A stretch of 64,000 nt of DNA from an uncultured Bifidobacteriaceae bacterium (GTDB lineage Bacteria > Bacteroidota > Bacteroidia > Chitinophagales > UBA10324), in assembly GCA_964640655.1 (NCBI GenBank), contig CAZXFT010000007.1, positions 42,753 through 106,752 of the forward strand, in the 5' to 3' direction. Below are positions 41,674 through 52,900 of this stretch, piece after piece (position 1 is the stretch's first letter; every line of letters begins with the position of its first letter). Made by a program: the position numbers and the translations under genes. Under the pieces are notes generated by a model that did not search any database, was not told the DNA's origin, and saw only the letters and a program-made list of their open reading frames with translations.

Positions 41674-42420
41674 TTGAAAAAAATTATTCTCTTCTCCTTA
41701 TTAGTTGCTCTGACAACAAACTTATTGGCTCAAAGAAATACTTCATTCGGAAGTTCTTCAGAGTACATCTTTTCATTAGCCAACACAAGTACCAAAAACG
41801 GTCCATCTGTCGATCCGGTGTTGCGTTTTTCCATGTGGTTTAACAGCGGTGCTGTTGTTCAGCAAAGGTTAAACAACAACTTTGCCTTAGTTAGTGGTAT
41901 TAATATCCGTAATGTGGGTATGATCAATAGTATTGATTCTATACGACTCAAACATCGCGTTTATGGTGTAGGCGTACCTTTAGCTGTTCGCATAGGCGAC
42001 TTGAATAAAAAAATCTCGGTTACTCTTGGTGCTGAAGCCGAGTTGTTTTTGAACTATAAAGTCAAAGAATTTATTAACAAGGATAAAATTTATAAAAAGA
42101 ATGAGTGGCTTGCAAATGAGGTTGAACTATTTAACCCATCAGTATTTGCTCAGTTTCACTTTGGAAAGAATTATTACATCCGCATTAAATATTATCTCAA
42201 TAATTTCTTAAAAGAATGTGTTGCTGCACCAGGATCAACTGCACCTTGCGGCTATACTATGCACAACAATTCAGGTACAGTTATTAATGGTTATCCACTC
42301 AGCACACAGCTGTTCTATATCTCTTTAGGTAGCGAGCGTTTGAAGTCGAAAAAAGTAAAAACCAATAATACAGATGACAAACCAGAGCCAACACCAACTA
42401 AGAATACAAGAGACATATAA
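41674..42420 (+). CDS. hypothetical outer-membrane beta-barrel-like protein
   Basis: Signal peptide MKKIILFSLLVALTTNLLAQ and alternating beta-strand-like pattern. TTG start, no specific motif. Confidence 0.5.
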   Translation: MKKIILFSLLVALTTNLLAQRNTSFGSSSEYIFSLANTSTKNGPSVDPVLRFSMWFNSGAVVQQRLNNNFALVSGINIRNVGMINSIDSIRLKHRVYGVGVPLAVRIGDLNKKISVTLGAEAELFLNYKVKEFINKDKIYKKNEWLANEVELFNPSVFAQFHFGKNYYIRIKYYLNNFLKECVAAPGSTAPCGYTMHNNSGTVINGYPLSTQLFYISLGSERLKSKKVKTNNTDDKPEPTPTKNTRDI

Positions 42421-42436
42421 ATAAGAAGCATTATCA

Positions 42437-42483
42437 AAAAGCAAAGAGGCTGATAAATAATATTTATCAGCCTCTTTGCTTTT
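42437..42483. terminator. bidirectional terminator between the beta-barrel gene and the suf operon
   Basis: Perfect long inverted repeat AAAAGCAAAGAGGCTGATAAAT / ATTTATCAGCCTCTTTGCTTTT, with A/T runs on both sides. Confidence 0.85.
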
Positions 42484-42580
42484 GAACACGCATTAACAGA
42501 GACTTTTTACCCGCTTATTAAGGTTCAGTTACATTGCAAACTATTCTAATTAGTATTACACAATGTTATATTCTAATTTC

Positions 42581-42928
42581 TTACATAAAACCTAATTCAA
42601 GGCGAGCTTCCTCGCTCATCATGTTCTGGTCGTATGGTGGATCCCAAACTATTTCAACCTTCACTTCGTTTACCCCTTTAACTACTTTAACTTTTTGTTC
42701 CACTTCGGCCGGTATTGTTTCAGCCGCAGGACAAGAAGGTGATGTTAAAGTCATACGGATGTAAATATTATTCAAACCATAAATACTCAACTCATATATT
42801 AAACCCAGTTCCCAAATGTCAACGGGTATCTCCGGATCGTAAACCGTTTTGATGGCTTCAATAATTTTCTCACGGGTAACAGGAACAAAGTCCTGCGTTT
42901 CGGATAATTGTGCAGGTATGTCTGTCAT
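42581..42928 (-). CDS. sufT: SUF-system Fe-S assembly protein (DUF59/SufT type)
   Basis: 115 aa, with VYDPEIPVDIWELGLIY and LTSPSCPAAE. Overlaps sufE by 4 nt. Confidence 0.8.
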   Translation of the reverse strand: MTDIPAQLSETQDFVPVTREKIIEAIKTVYDPEIPVDIWELGLIYELSIYGLNNIYIRMTLTSPSCPAAETIPAEVEQKVKVVKGVNEVKVEIVWDPPYDQNMMSEEARLELGFM

Positions 42929-43359
42929 AAGTGTTGTTGTTTTTTTTTGAGCTGAAAACCAAGTGCATATGATTTCATCAGTTTTATCATGGATACTAAC
43001 CCATTAGAACGATTAGGACTTAAGTGCTCCTTCAACCCAATATCATCAATAAATTTTAGATCATTGGCAAGAATAGCTTCAGGTGTTTCGCCAGATAGAA
43101 TTCGAATCAGCAATGCAACAATGCCCTTGGTAATAACTGCATCACTGTCAGCTTTATAAAATACCTTTCCGTCAATAAAGTCAGCTGTAAGCCATACTTT
43201 TGACTGGCATCCTTTAACTACATAATCATCTGTCTTAAACCCTGAATCAATTATTGGCAATGATTTCGCCTGATCTATGATGTGTTCGTACTTGTCCATC
43301 CAGTCATCAAACAAATCAAACTCCTCAATCAATTCTATTTCTTTCTCTGATATGCTCAT
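42925..43359 (-). CDS. sufE: SufE-family sulfur acceptor protein
   Basis: 144 aa, with the conserved Cys context VKGCQSKVWL. Confidence 0.85.
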   Translation of the reverse strand: MSISEKEIELIEEFDLFDDWMDKYEHIIDQAKSLPIIDSGFKTDDYVVKGCQSKVWLTADFIDGKVFYKADSDAVITKGIVALLIRILSGETPEAILANDLKFIDDIGLKEHLSPNRSNGLVSMIKLMKSYALGFQLKKKQQHL

Positions 43360-43361
43360 GA

Positions 43362-44612
43362 TTAAAACATCTTCTGTATTCGTTTAAGTGCCTTAATCAG
43401 AGAGTCAATTTCCTCATTTGTATTATAGACCGCAAGCGATACACGTACTGTACCCGGAATGTTAAAAAACTGCATCAGTGGTTGTGTGCAATGATGGCCG
43501 GTTCGAACTGCTATCCCCATCTTGTCAAGTAATACTCCGGTATCGTATGGGTGTATTTTATTTAAGAGAAACGACGCGACAGAAATTTTATGCTTTGCTT
43601 CGCCATAAATATGAAGTCCTTTTATACTTTGTAATTGAGATGTCAAATAGTCAAGTAAAGTATTCTCATAAGCAGACATGGCTTCAAGACCAATGTCTTG
43701 AATAAAACGAATTGCTTCGGCAAGTCCGATGATTCCTTCAATGTGTGGTGTACCCGCTTCAAACTTAAATGGTAACTCGGTGAATGTTGTTTTATTAAAT
43801 GTCACATCTTTAATCATCTCACCACCACCCTGATAAGGTGGCATCTTGTCAAGCCACTTTTTCTTTCCATATAAGATTCCAATCCCTGTTGGACCATAAA
43901 GTTTATGACCGGAGAATGAATAAAAATCACAATCCAGTTTCTGAACGTCAACCGCTATATGTTGCACTGCCTGTGCTCCGTCTATGCTAACCGGTATGTC
44001 ATATTGATGAGCGATACGAATTATCTCTTCAGCCGGATTAACTGTACCCAATGTATTGGACACGTGAACAATACTAACCAATTTTGTTCTGGGTGAAATA
44101 AGTTTTTCGAATGATTCGAGGTTAAGTTCACCTGTTTCAAAAATGGGAATCACTCGAAGTGTTAACCCCAAACGCTCACACGCCAGCTGCCATGGGACAA
44201 TGTTAGCGTGGTGCTCCATAGCACTGATAATAATTTCATCACCGCTATTCAACAATTGTGTAAATGAAGAAGCCAACAGGTTTATACTTCCAGTAGTACC
44301 TGATGTAAAAATAATTTCTTCATCACTCGATGCATGGATAAACTGTTGTACAGTTTTACGTGCTGCTTCCATAGCATCAGTGGCCTTCTGACTCATGTAA
44401 TGTACACCTCTGTGCACATTACTATTATATGATGAATAATATTCGCTAATTGTATCAATAACACGTTGTGGTTTTTGTGTGGTAGCGCCATTGTCAAAAT
44501 AAATTAACGGCCTTGCATAAACCTGTTGTTGTAAAATCGGAAACATACTACGCACTTTATCTGAATCAAATGAAGATGAAGATGGTATGTAAGTGGCAGA
44601 TGTTTTTGTCAT
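43362..44612 (-). CDS. sufS: cysteine desulfurase, SufS type
   Basis: 416-aa class-V aminotransferase. PLP-Lys context FSGHKLYGPTGIG and active-site RTGHHCTQP. Confidence 0.92.
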   Translation of the reverse strand: MTKTSATYIPSSSSFDSDKVRSMFPILQQQVYARPLIYFDNGATTQKPQRVIDTISEYYSSYNSNVHRGVHYMSQKATDAMEAARKTVQQFIHASSDEEIIFTSGTTGSINLLASSFTQLLNSGDEIIISAMEHHANIVPWQLACERLGLTLRVIPIFETGELNLESFEKLISPRTKLVSIVHVSNTLGTVNPAEEIIRIAHQYDIPVSIDGAQAVQHIAVDVQKLDCDFYSFSGHKLYGPTGIGILYGKKKWLDKMPPYQGGGEMIKDVTFNKTTFTELPFKFEAGTPHIEGIIGLAEAIRFIQDIGLEAMSAYENTLLDYLTSQLQSIKGLHIYGEAKHKISVASFLLNKIHPYDTGVLLDKMGIAVRTGHHCTQPLMQFFNIPGTVRVSLAVYNTNEEIDSLIKALKRIQKMF

Positions 44613-45925
44613 TATTGCAACTTTTGTTCAATAGTTGTATTCAACCAGGATTTAATTTCCTCATTGTTGATAGACGAGATAATATCCTCTGCAAAAGCAA
44701 GCATCAGCATTTTTTGTGCGTCTTGTTTTGAAATTCCTCTAGCCTGAAGATAGAACAATGATTCATCATCTAATTGACCCGATGTAGCACCATGACTACA
44801 TTTAACGTCGTCGGCAAAAATTTCGAGTTGTGGCTTTGTATAAACAATAGCATCTTCGGTCAACAAAATATTCTTGTTAGACTGAAAGGCATTTGTTTTT
44901 TGAGCGTCTTTACGAACTAATATTTTACCATTGAAGACAGCTTTGGCACTGTCGTTCACGATTCCTTTGTACAACTCGTTGCTGTAGCAATTTGGAACAG
45001 CATGATCAACGTGAGTGTGGTTATCAATTAATTGCTTGTTGTTGGGAGTATATAATCCATTCAGGTAAGATTCACTGTTTGAACCTGTCATTTTAATATG
45101 CAGGTTGTTTCGAATAAAACTGCCATTTAAAGCGAGTGTATAAACATATAACGAGGCACGCTGCTGCAAACAAGCTGATGTATAATTAACAAGCGATTGT
45201 GGTACGCTGTCAATTGATTGCAATTGCTGTAGTTTAATTAAAGTTAATCGTGCATCAGTAGCTATTTCAAGATGCTCTATACAATTACTCAATGAAGCTA
45301 CACATCCAGTTGTATGAAAACTTTCAAGAATCGTTGCTTCAGCATTAGCTTCAAAAATGATGTGATGCCTATTTTGAATAAACAAAGGTTTATCCGTAGT
45401 ATCGGCAATGTGTAACAAGCGTACTGGATATAAAGCTGTCGTATTTTTTTTGATGCGCAGGCAAATACCGTCTAAAATAAAAGCATCATTCAAGTGCTTC
45501 CAACCATCTTTAGGTAAAATGGATGCGGCATTGTTAAAGGCTGCATCATCCTTACTCAATAATTCCTTGATGCTTGTTATCTCAATACTGTCATCATCTG
45601 TTTGTAGCTGTGATAATTGTTTCTGAAAATATCCATTGACGAAAACCAACAAATGGCATTTGAGTGGCAGTTGATTAACAACTGACGAATAATTACCTGA
45701 GGGAGTAATCGAGGATGGCAATGCATAATCGTAGCGAAGCGAAGGTTCTACATTGGTATATTTCCATTCTTCATTTTTAGTGGAAGGTAAGCCAATAGTC
45801 AACACACGGCTCATGGCCTCTTCCGAAGTATAAGGGTACAAATCGCTGTGTTGCTGAACAACTCTGAACTGTTTTTCGAGTTGTTCCAGAAATAGTTGTT
45901 GTGTACTGCCGGCTAATATGCTCAT
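44612..45925 (-). CDS. sufD: Fe-S cluster assembly protein SufD
   Basis: 437 aa, C-terminal beta-helix region with PQLEIFADDVKCSHGATSGQLD. Lies between sufC and sufS. Confidence 0.9.
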   Translation of the reverse strand: MSILAGSTQQLFLEQLEKQFRVVQQHSDLYPYTSEEAMSRVLTIGLPSTKNEEWKYTNVEPSLRYDYALPSSITPSGNYSSVVNQLPLKCHLLVFVNGYFQKQLSQLQTDDDSIEITSIKELLSKDDAAFNNAASILPKDGWKHLNDAFILDGICLRIKKNTTALYPVRLLHIADTTDKPLFIQNRHHIIFEANAEATILESFHTTGCVASLSNCIEHLEIATDARLTLIKLQQLQSIDSVPQSLVNYTSACLQQRASLYVYTLALNGSFIRNNLHIKMTGSNSESYLNGLYTPNNKQLIDNHTHVDHAVPNCYSNELYKGIVNDSAKAVFNGKILVRKDAQKTNAFQSNKNILLTEDAIVYTKPQLEIFADDVKCSHGATSGQLDDESLFYLQARGISKQDAQKMLMLAFAEDIISSINNEEIKSWLNTTIEQKLQ

Positions 45926-45930
45926 AACAA

Positions 45931-46695
45931 TTATACAGTTTCCAAATCTTTAATCCAGTCGTAACCTTTTTCTTCAAGTTCGAGCGCCAGCTCTTTGGTG
46001 CCTGACTTCACAATACGTCCGTTACTTAAAACATGAACAAAATCAGGAACGATATAATCAAGCAAACGTTGATAGTGAGTGATAACAATAAATGCGTTGT
46101 CTTTATTCTTTAATTGATTAACTCCGTTGGCAACAATTCGCAACGCATCGATATCGAGACCTGAATCAGTCTCATCCAAAATTCCTAAAGACGGCTCAAG
46201 CATAGCCATCTGAAAAATCTCGTTTCGTTTTTTTTCACCGCCGGAAAAGCCTTCGTTCAAGGAACGTGATGTTAAACGTGAATCCATTTCTACAACTTTC
46301 ATTCTTTCCTTCATCAAAGCCAGAAAAGCTTTGGCTTCCAGAGGCTCCAGGCCGCGTGCCTTGCGAACTTCATTAACTGCGGTTTTTAAGAAATTTGTTG
46401 TGCTGATGCCGGGAATTTCAACAGGATATTGGAAAGCCAGAAATACACCTTGTTGTGCGCGCTCTTCGGGTGGCAGTTCTAATAAATTGATGCCTTTGTA
46501 TTTTACTTCACCGTCTGTTACCTCATACTCGCTTCTACCTGCAAGCACTGAGGCTAATGTACTTTTACCCGAACCGTTAGGTCCCATAATGGCATGAACT
46601 TCTCCCGATTTAACTGTCAGGGATAAGCCTTTGAGTATTTCTTTTCCTTCAACATTAGCATGAAGGTTCTTTATTTCAATTATATTCATTTTCAA
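45931..46695 (-). CDS. sufC: Fe-S cluster assembly ATPase SufC
   Basis: Walker A GPNGSGKST, ABC signature FSGGEKKR, Walker B GILDETDSGLD. Confidence 0.95.
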   Translation of the reverse strand: MKMNIIEIKNLHANVEGKEILKGLSLTVKSGEVHAIMGPNGSGKSTLASVLAGRSEYEVTDGEVKYKGINLLELPPEERAQQGVFLAFQYPVEIPGISTTNFLKTAVNEVRKARGLEPLEAKAFLALMKERMKVVEMDSRLTSRSLNEGFSGGEKKRNEIFQMAMLEPSLGILDETDSGLDIDALRIVANGVNQLKNKDNAFIVITHYQRLLDYIVPDFVHVLSNGRIVKSGTKELALELEEKGYDWIKDLETV

Positions 46696-46704
46696 TATGA
46701 TTTA

Positions 46705-48153
46705 TTATCCAACAGAGCCTTCTAAACTGATGGCTAAAAGTTTTTGTGCTTCAACAGCAAATTCCATGGGCAGCTGATTAAATACCTCACGACAATAACC
46801 ATTCACAATCAGGTTTACTGCTTCTTCATTTGCTATACCTCTCTGATTACAGTAAAATAAAATATCCTCACCTATCTTGCTTGTGGTAGCCTCATGCTCC
46901 ACACGAGCTGTAGGATTTTGTACTTCAAGGTAGGGAAATGTATGTGCACCGCATTCGTCAGTCATCAGTAAAGAATCACACTGTGAGAAATTGTGTGCGT
47001 TTTCTGCATTCTTGCCAATACGCACCAAACCACGATAGCTATTATGACTTTTTCCGGCACTGATGCCTTTTGAAACTATTCTGCTCTTGGTATTCTTCCC
47101 AAGATGAATCATTTTAGTTCCTGTATCAGCTTGCTGGAAATTATTAGTTACAGCAACTGAATAAAATTCACCAACCGAATAGTCACCTTTCAATATCACG
47201 CTTGGATATTTCCATGTGATGGCAGAACCGGTTTCAACCTGTGTCCAGGAAATACGTGACCAATTACCTGCACAAATACCTCTTTTAGTAACGAAATTAT
47301 AAATACCTCCTTTACCTTCTTTATCGCCGGGATACCAATTCTGTACTGTTGAGTATTTAATCTCGGCATTCTCATGTGCCACCAGTTCAACTACTGCGGC
47401 ATGTAATTGATTCTCATCACGCATAGGCGCAGTACATCCTTCGAGGTATGACACATAACTATCTTCATCTGCAACTATTAATGTTCGTTCAAACTGCCCA
47501 GTGTTAGCTGCGTTAATGCGGAAGTATGTAGAGAGTTCCATAGGGCAACGCACACCCTTAGGAATATAAACAAAAGAACCATCACTGAATACAGCTGAAT
47601 TGAGTGCTGCAAAGTAGTTGTCAGTAACAGGTACCACAGTTCCCAGATATTTCTCGATTAGTTCAGGATGCTCCTGAACAGCTTCAGTGAATGAGCAAAA
47701 GATGATTCCAAGTTCTTTGAGTTTATCCTTGAAAGTTGTCTTCACACTAACGCTGTCTATTACGGCATCAACAGCTACTCCTGCTAATATCATTTGTTCC
47801 TCGAGCGAAATGCCCAATTTGTCAAAAGTACTTTTGATTTCAGGGTCTAACTCATCTAAACTTTTGAGTTGCTTTTTTGGTTTTGGTGCAGCGTAGTAAT
47901 GATAATCCTGATAATCAATTTTGGGATACTGAACATTAGGCCATGTAGGCTCAACCATTTTCTGCCATTGGCGAAATGCTTTCAATCGCCAATCTAATAA
48001 AAACTCAGGTTCGTTTTTCTTAGCAGAGATGAAACGAATAGTGTCTTCATTTAATCCTTTTGGAGCTAATTCCTGATCCAGATCCGATACAAAGCCATAT
48101 TTATAATCACTTTGTGTTAACTCATTTAATACCTCATCCTGTTTTTCTGCCAT
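46705..48153 (-). CDS. sufB: Fe-S cluster assembly scaffold protein SufB
   Basis: 482 aa, highly conserved SufB sequence ([29 protein letters not shown]). Confidence 0.95.
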   Translation of the reverse strand: MAEKQDEVLNELTQSDYKYGFVSDLDQELAPKGLNEDTIRFISAKKNEPEFLLDWRLKAFRQWQKMVEPTWPNVQYPKIDYQDYHYYAAPKPKKQLKSLDELDPEIKSTFDKLGISLEEQMILAGVAVDAVIDSVSVKTTFKDKLKELGIIFCSFTEAVQEHPELIEKYLGTVVPVTDNYFAALNSAVFSDGSFVYIPKGVRCPMELSTYFRINAANTGQFERTLIVADEDSYVSYLEGCTAPMRDENQLHAAVVELVAHENAEIKYSTVQNWYPGDKEGKGGIYNFVTKRGICAGNWSRISWTQVETGSAITWKYPSVILKGDYSVGEFYSVAVTNNFQQADTGTKMIHLGKNTKSRIVSKGISAGKSHNSYRGLVRIGKNAENAHNFSQCDSLLMTDECGAHTFPYLEVQNPTARVEHEATTSKIGEDILFYCNQRGIANEEAVNLIVNGYCREVFNQLPMEFAVEAQKLLAISLEGSVG

Positions 48154-48191
48154 AGTGTATCGGTTTGCTTATTTAGACAAATTCTAAAACA

Positions 48192-48199
48192 CAAAAATA
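48192..48199 (-). promoter_or_regulatory. candidate suf operon promoter (-7 box TATTTTTG, with TTG 20 nt upstream)
   Basis: The minus strand reads TTG-N20-TATTTTTG, 39 nt upstream of the sufB ATG. A small inverted repeat, TTGCT-CTC-AGCAA (48210-48222), overlaps the -33 position. Confidence 0.5.
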
Positions 48200-48258
48200 G
48201 AGTAATGGTTTGCTCTCAGCAATTATTTACCGCGTTTTTTTCAAAAAATCGAATGAAA

Positions 48259-48741
48259 TTATTCCGCAGTCACGGAAATTTCGAGAATCTCAAACCGGAT
48301 AACTCCGGCAGGAACACTAATTTCGGCAATTTCACCCACTATCTTTCCTAAAAGTCCTTTTCCTATAGGAGAACTCACCGATATTTTACCCAATTTAATG
48401 TCTGCTTCATTTTCTGATACCAACATAAACTTAGCGTCTTGCTTGGTATTTAAGTTCTTTACTTTCACCGACGAAAGAATCATAATCTTGGAAACATCCA
48501 TTTTGCTTTTGTCAATGATTCTTGCTTTAGAAAGTGTTGATTCCAATTGCGCAATCTTCATTTCCAGCATACCTTGTGCATCTTTTGCAGCATCGTACTC
48601 CGCATTTTCCGAAAGATCACCCTTATCGCGAGCTTCAGCTATTGCTTTGGCCACATCGGCTCTTCCTTTGGTTTTTAATTCTGACAGTTCCAGTTTCAAT
48701 TTCTCTAAGCCTTCAGGAGTGAAGTATTGTATATCAGTCAT
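48259..48741 (-). CDS. greA: transcription elongation factor GreA
   Basis: 160 aa. Coiled-coil N-terminus with DLSENAEYDAAK and a C-terminal FKBP-like domain. Confidence 0.92.
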   Translation of the reverse strand: MTDIQYFTPEGLEKLKLELSELKTKGRADVAKAIAEARDKGDLSENAEYDAAKDAQGMLEMKIAQLESTLSKARIIDKSKMDVSKIMILSSVKVKNLNTKQDAKFMLVSENEADIKLGKISVSSPIGKGLLGKIVGEIAEISVPAGVIRFEILEISVTAE

Positions 48742-48772
48742 TGGACAAAAAAGTAAATTTTATGTTGTGATT

Positions 48773-48809
48773 AAAAAAACAAAAAACGCTCTCTTGCGAA
48801 AGCGTTCCT
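48773..48809 (-). terminator. Rho-independent terminator ending the TBDR-like/1275-aa/PorV-like operon
   Basis: AACGCTCTC / GAAAGCGTT stem (one mismatch) with loop TTGC. On the minus strand it is followed by TTTTTTGTTTTTTT. Confidence 0.75.
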
Positions 48810-48833
48810 AGTGTATGATGTAAAGTTAATAAA

Positions 48834-49898
48834 TCAGAGATTAATGCGCACGCCAACGGTATGCGTTCCACCCCATGGACTACTTGTGCGATAGGAGTAG
48901 TCGAAGGCTACATTTGGTCCACCTTTTTTTGTAGGTAAGTCTATTGTAATACCACCACTTAAACCGGTGAATGCAGTACTTCTTTCATTTGAATCAAGCA
49001 ATCCCTGTTGGTAGTTATAACCCCCTCTAATCATAAATTGCTCTTTAAATGCATACTCTAAACCCGCACCAATCTGATCGCGGTAAAAAGAGTTGGACGT
49101 AAAGTTACCTGCAAGTGTAAGACGCTGATTACGATTTGCATCATCAGCACCACCAAATTTAAAGTCGTATGACAAACCAATATTCAACATGGATGGCAAC
49201 TCAAATTGCTGAGAACGTTTTTCAATTGTTAAAGGATAAGTTCCTTCCGGTGCTGTACCTTTGAAAGACAAAGCATCGCCACGAAAACGCATAGGTGTAC
49301 CGATATTGCGTAATGCAATTCCAAACTTAATTTTCTCAGGATCTTTCTTGGTACCTGTTTGATACTGAATACCAGCATCAAGAGCCACACCCGTAGCCTG
49401 AATATCAGAAACTGATTCAGAAATTCCACGAACGACAAAACCACCATAAATACTCTTCGAGAAAATCTTAGAATAAGCTAAAGCAATATTTAAAAACTGA
49501 GGACGGAATGTACCGATACCTCCTTCTGGGTTATCAGTTGTTGTTACCTGTATTTCGCCAAAAGTCATAGCCATTACACTAACACCCAGCACACCACCTG
49601 ACTTACCAACTGTTTGCGCCAATCCAAGTGCATTGATGTTAATGCCTGTTCCTGTCAAATAATTAGTGTGGGCAAATCCAATCTCTGTCTTTTTGGTGAA
49701 TGCTAATCCGGCTACGTTTTGATTGATTGCCTCAAAGCCGCGTACCGTTGATGTATTCAAACCATTCCAGCCACTGCTGCGACCCCAAGGGTTAATAAGT
49801 AGCTCATAAGCACCGGCCTGACCGGCACGATCTTTATTACCGGCTATGACAACACTCAGGTTTGTTACTATTAATACTATTACTAAAAGTTTTTTCAT
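48834..49898 (-). CDS. PorV/PorQ-family-like outer-membrane beta-barrel protein
   Basis: Signal peptide from the ATG at 49898 (MKKLLVIVLIV). N-terminal pattern AGQAGAYELLINPWGRSSGWNGLNTSTVRGFEAINQNVAGLAF resembles the G.AGA..L.I...R....G........A...NPAGLA signature of PorV/PorQ-type barrels. The C-terminus ends in a beta-strand pattern. Confidence 0.55.
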   Translation of the reverse strand: MKKLLVIVLIVTNLSVVIAGNKDRAGQAGAYELLINPWGRSSGWNGLNTSTVRGFEAINQNVAGLAFTKKTEIGFAHTNYLTGTGININALGLAQTVGKSGGVLGVSVMAMTFGEIQVTTTDNPEGGIGTFRPQFLNIALAYSKIFSKSIYGGFVVRGISESVSDIQATGVALDAGIQYQTGTKKDPEKIKFGIALRNIGTPMRFRGDALSFKGTAPEGTYPLTIEKRSQQFELPSMLNIGLSYDFKFGGADDANRNQRLTLAGNFTSNSFYRDQIGAGLEYAFKEQFMIRGGYNYQQGLLDSNERSTAFTGLSGGITIDLPTKKGGPNVAFDYSYRTSSPWGGTHTVGVRINL

Positions 49899-49923
49899 TG
49901 TAACGGGTTTTCGATTGTATGTT

Positions 49924-52900
49924 TTAGAATGAGTCAAGATCAATTGGACGTGTTACACCAAACCATTTTAATGTTTTTTCACCTATGCCTTCAGCATCAA
50001 TGTGGATAAGGTACATACCGCTGGCAATAGGAACACCGGCAGTATTCTTTAAATCCCAATCAAGAGATGTAATAGAGTCATCATCACGATTGTAGCGTCG
50101 AATTAATGTGCCATCTAATGAATAGATTGTGATTACACACTTTTTAGGAAGGTTAGCAATCTTAACGCGGTTATCTACCTGATTTCGCTCATAGCCTGAA
50201 TACGCATAATATGGATTGGGTATCACCTTTATTGTATCCAATGCACTTTTTGCAGTAGCTAAATCATTTTTAATAGCAGCAATATTAGCTGTATTAAATG
50301 TGTAGCGAGGTTTTGTTTCATTTATCACATCGCCTGCCTGGAATCTTTCGTAAGGTCTTGTAATACGAATCTTTAAAGTGGTCTCAGTTGGAATTAAACC
50401 ATCTTCAACAGACAATAACTGTTCGTCATTAAGTAGTAATGGTTGTGCAACCCAGGCAACTGTTTTATAAACATTAAGACCGGCAGAAATGGGAACGGAA
50501 GCTGTGTTAGGTGCTAATAAAAGCTGACTCTTAATATATGCACATTCATCATACTGTGTTTTCATTACATATACCCAATGGCGACCTCCTAAAGTAGCTT
50601 CTCCATTTGGAGTAAATAATGTTGATGTTGGATTCCAAATCATATCACGACCATTCTGACCAACCAGCCAAGAATCTTCACCAAACATAATATTCAAGCG
50701 CATACCAGTTTCAGGGTCAATAGCGTAGCCGGGGAACCAGCTCATTCCTAAATCGTTAGGGTCGGATGATTGTACTCCATTTTGATCAACAGAACGACCA
50801 CGACGTACAGCCATCTTAGGGACACCGCCTTCTGATAATCCTATTTCAGGACAAGTTTCAATAACTACACAACGTGACCATTTTGACTTGTCTGATGTAA
50901 ACACAAGATCAATACTTGGTAAATCGCTCAATGAATTTTGTGAACGAGCTGCTGCATTATTTAATATAGGTCCATAGTAAATATTTTGTGAGCATAAGCG
51001 ATAAGGAGCAATAGTCCTGTCCGCTATGTTCTCAAACTGTTGCGTTGGATCCTCGAATTGAAGAGTTCCACCTGGAGGAGTTGAACCGTAATCCGTAGTT
51101 TGATTAAATTGTGGTGTTCCATTCTCCTGATAGGTTCCTGAAAGAATCCAATTAAGGAAAGGATTACCATCAACGTCAGGTATGCCCCCCAACCAAGATT
51201 TACTATTGTCTTTTGCGATTAACTCCCATCCTACAATAAAATTGTTCTGACTATTCAGAGCCGGTGCGGTAACCTGACTAATATATACAGATAAACCCCA
51301 GTCCGGAATTAACTGTTCGTTACCAAGCTTAATATCTGTTTCGGACAGAACAGTTTCACCGTCTTTCATTTGCAATACCCATGTTGAGGCATCAGACATA
51401 GTGTTACCTGTTCCAACTGTTGAACCTTTAATCATCAATTCAAAGTCTGCGTTAGGAACAGATTTTGGGTCATAAACTTTTACCTCAATAGGTCCGCTGG
51501 CTTTTTTATATTTAGGTGTTGGTGAAAAACCGTTTTGTAAAATCTCATTTACGCTCTCCTGAGTTAATTCAACAAACAACCCCCCATTACCTTTTCCTTC
51601 CTGACGTATTATTTCAGGTCCATCACCATAAGTTGAATTCAGCGTCATTCCTGTGAATTCAGGTTCTGTGACGTGAGGTATTCCTTTAAGTATGGTTACA
51701 GATCGGCTCGACAAGTATGGAATTTTTTGATTGGTTGTAATTGTTTGTGCTACGCTATCTCCGTTTTCATCAAATAAATAACCGGTAATCTGTATATCTT
51801 CAAATCCGTTATAAGCATATGGAACCACTGCAAAGTAATAAGTCTGATGATTAATCAATCGTTTGTCGGTAGTAGCAAAAGCATTGCTGGTAATTTCAAA
51901 TGAGTGTCGAATACCTGAGTCTTCGCCATCAACTTTAAGTTCAGGAACATCATCTCCAATAGTAGCATCATAAACATAGTTAATCAGTTTGCTTACACCA
52001 TTCTTCAGATCGCACTGAAATATTAATTGTGCCTTTGAACCATCACCTAACTCTTGAAGAGATACTGATGAGGACTTTAATTGATAAATCTGATAACCTT
52101 CAAACTTATACAAAGAATCTGCAATTCCAAGTTTTTTCAAAACTGGATCAGCTTGTGAATAGGCTTCAGTGTTTTTGTAACCTTCGATAGCAAGTATCAG
52201 TTTGCGATCTAACTCAATAATTTTTACCTGAGGTTGAGCAGGACCATCTAAAATCTTAAAACAAGATTCAAATAAAGCTTGTGCTTTGTTGTCTGCTTTA
52301 AGTAATAAATCATATGAAGGGCAGGGTGCATATGTTCCTACAGGTGGACGAACCCAAACAACACCCACTACGATATCGTTTGAAGCTCCAGGTAATAAAG
52401 TGAAAGGACCTGAACTCTGAACGGTACGACGGTCAGCAGCGGTATTTTGTTGTGAACATTCTGACCAACCACTGTTCGTACTTGGTTTATCCGGGAACAC
52501 ATAATGTGTTGGAGTAGATCCACCATAGGCGTTTCCACCCTCTGTGAATGGTGAACCATCTTTCCATTTACCGGACAGATAACCATAGAAGTCAGATGTT
52601 TTTTCAGGATTACCCGTTACGGTGAAGTCGTTATTATAGTATAGGAAATTTGACATTCCAAGTTCGTTTCCATTTTCATCGAGAGGACCCTGGAAATAAT
52701 CGATACCAACTAATGGTGGCTGATTGCTATAAAAACCACCAGAACCACAGGGTTCATCTAAGGGGTCAGCATTATAAACTATTCCTAAACCCTGAACTGT
52801 ATCACAACCGATATAATCATCTGTATAGCAACCCAAATCAGGGTCAACCCATTTCCCCATATAACAGTTAGAAATAGCAGTTAAAGATTTGTTTAATAAA

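Noticed and set aside
48210-48222. Inverted repeat TTGCT-CTC-AGCAA as an Fe-S regulator operator for the suf operon
   Set aside because: It has only 5-bp arms, which is too short to distinguish from chance without comparative data. It is mentioned only in the promoter evidence.
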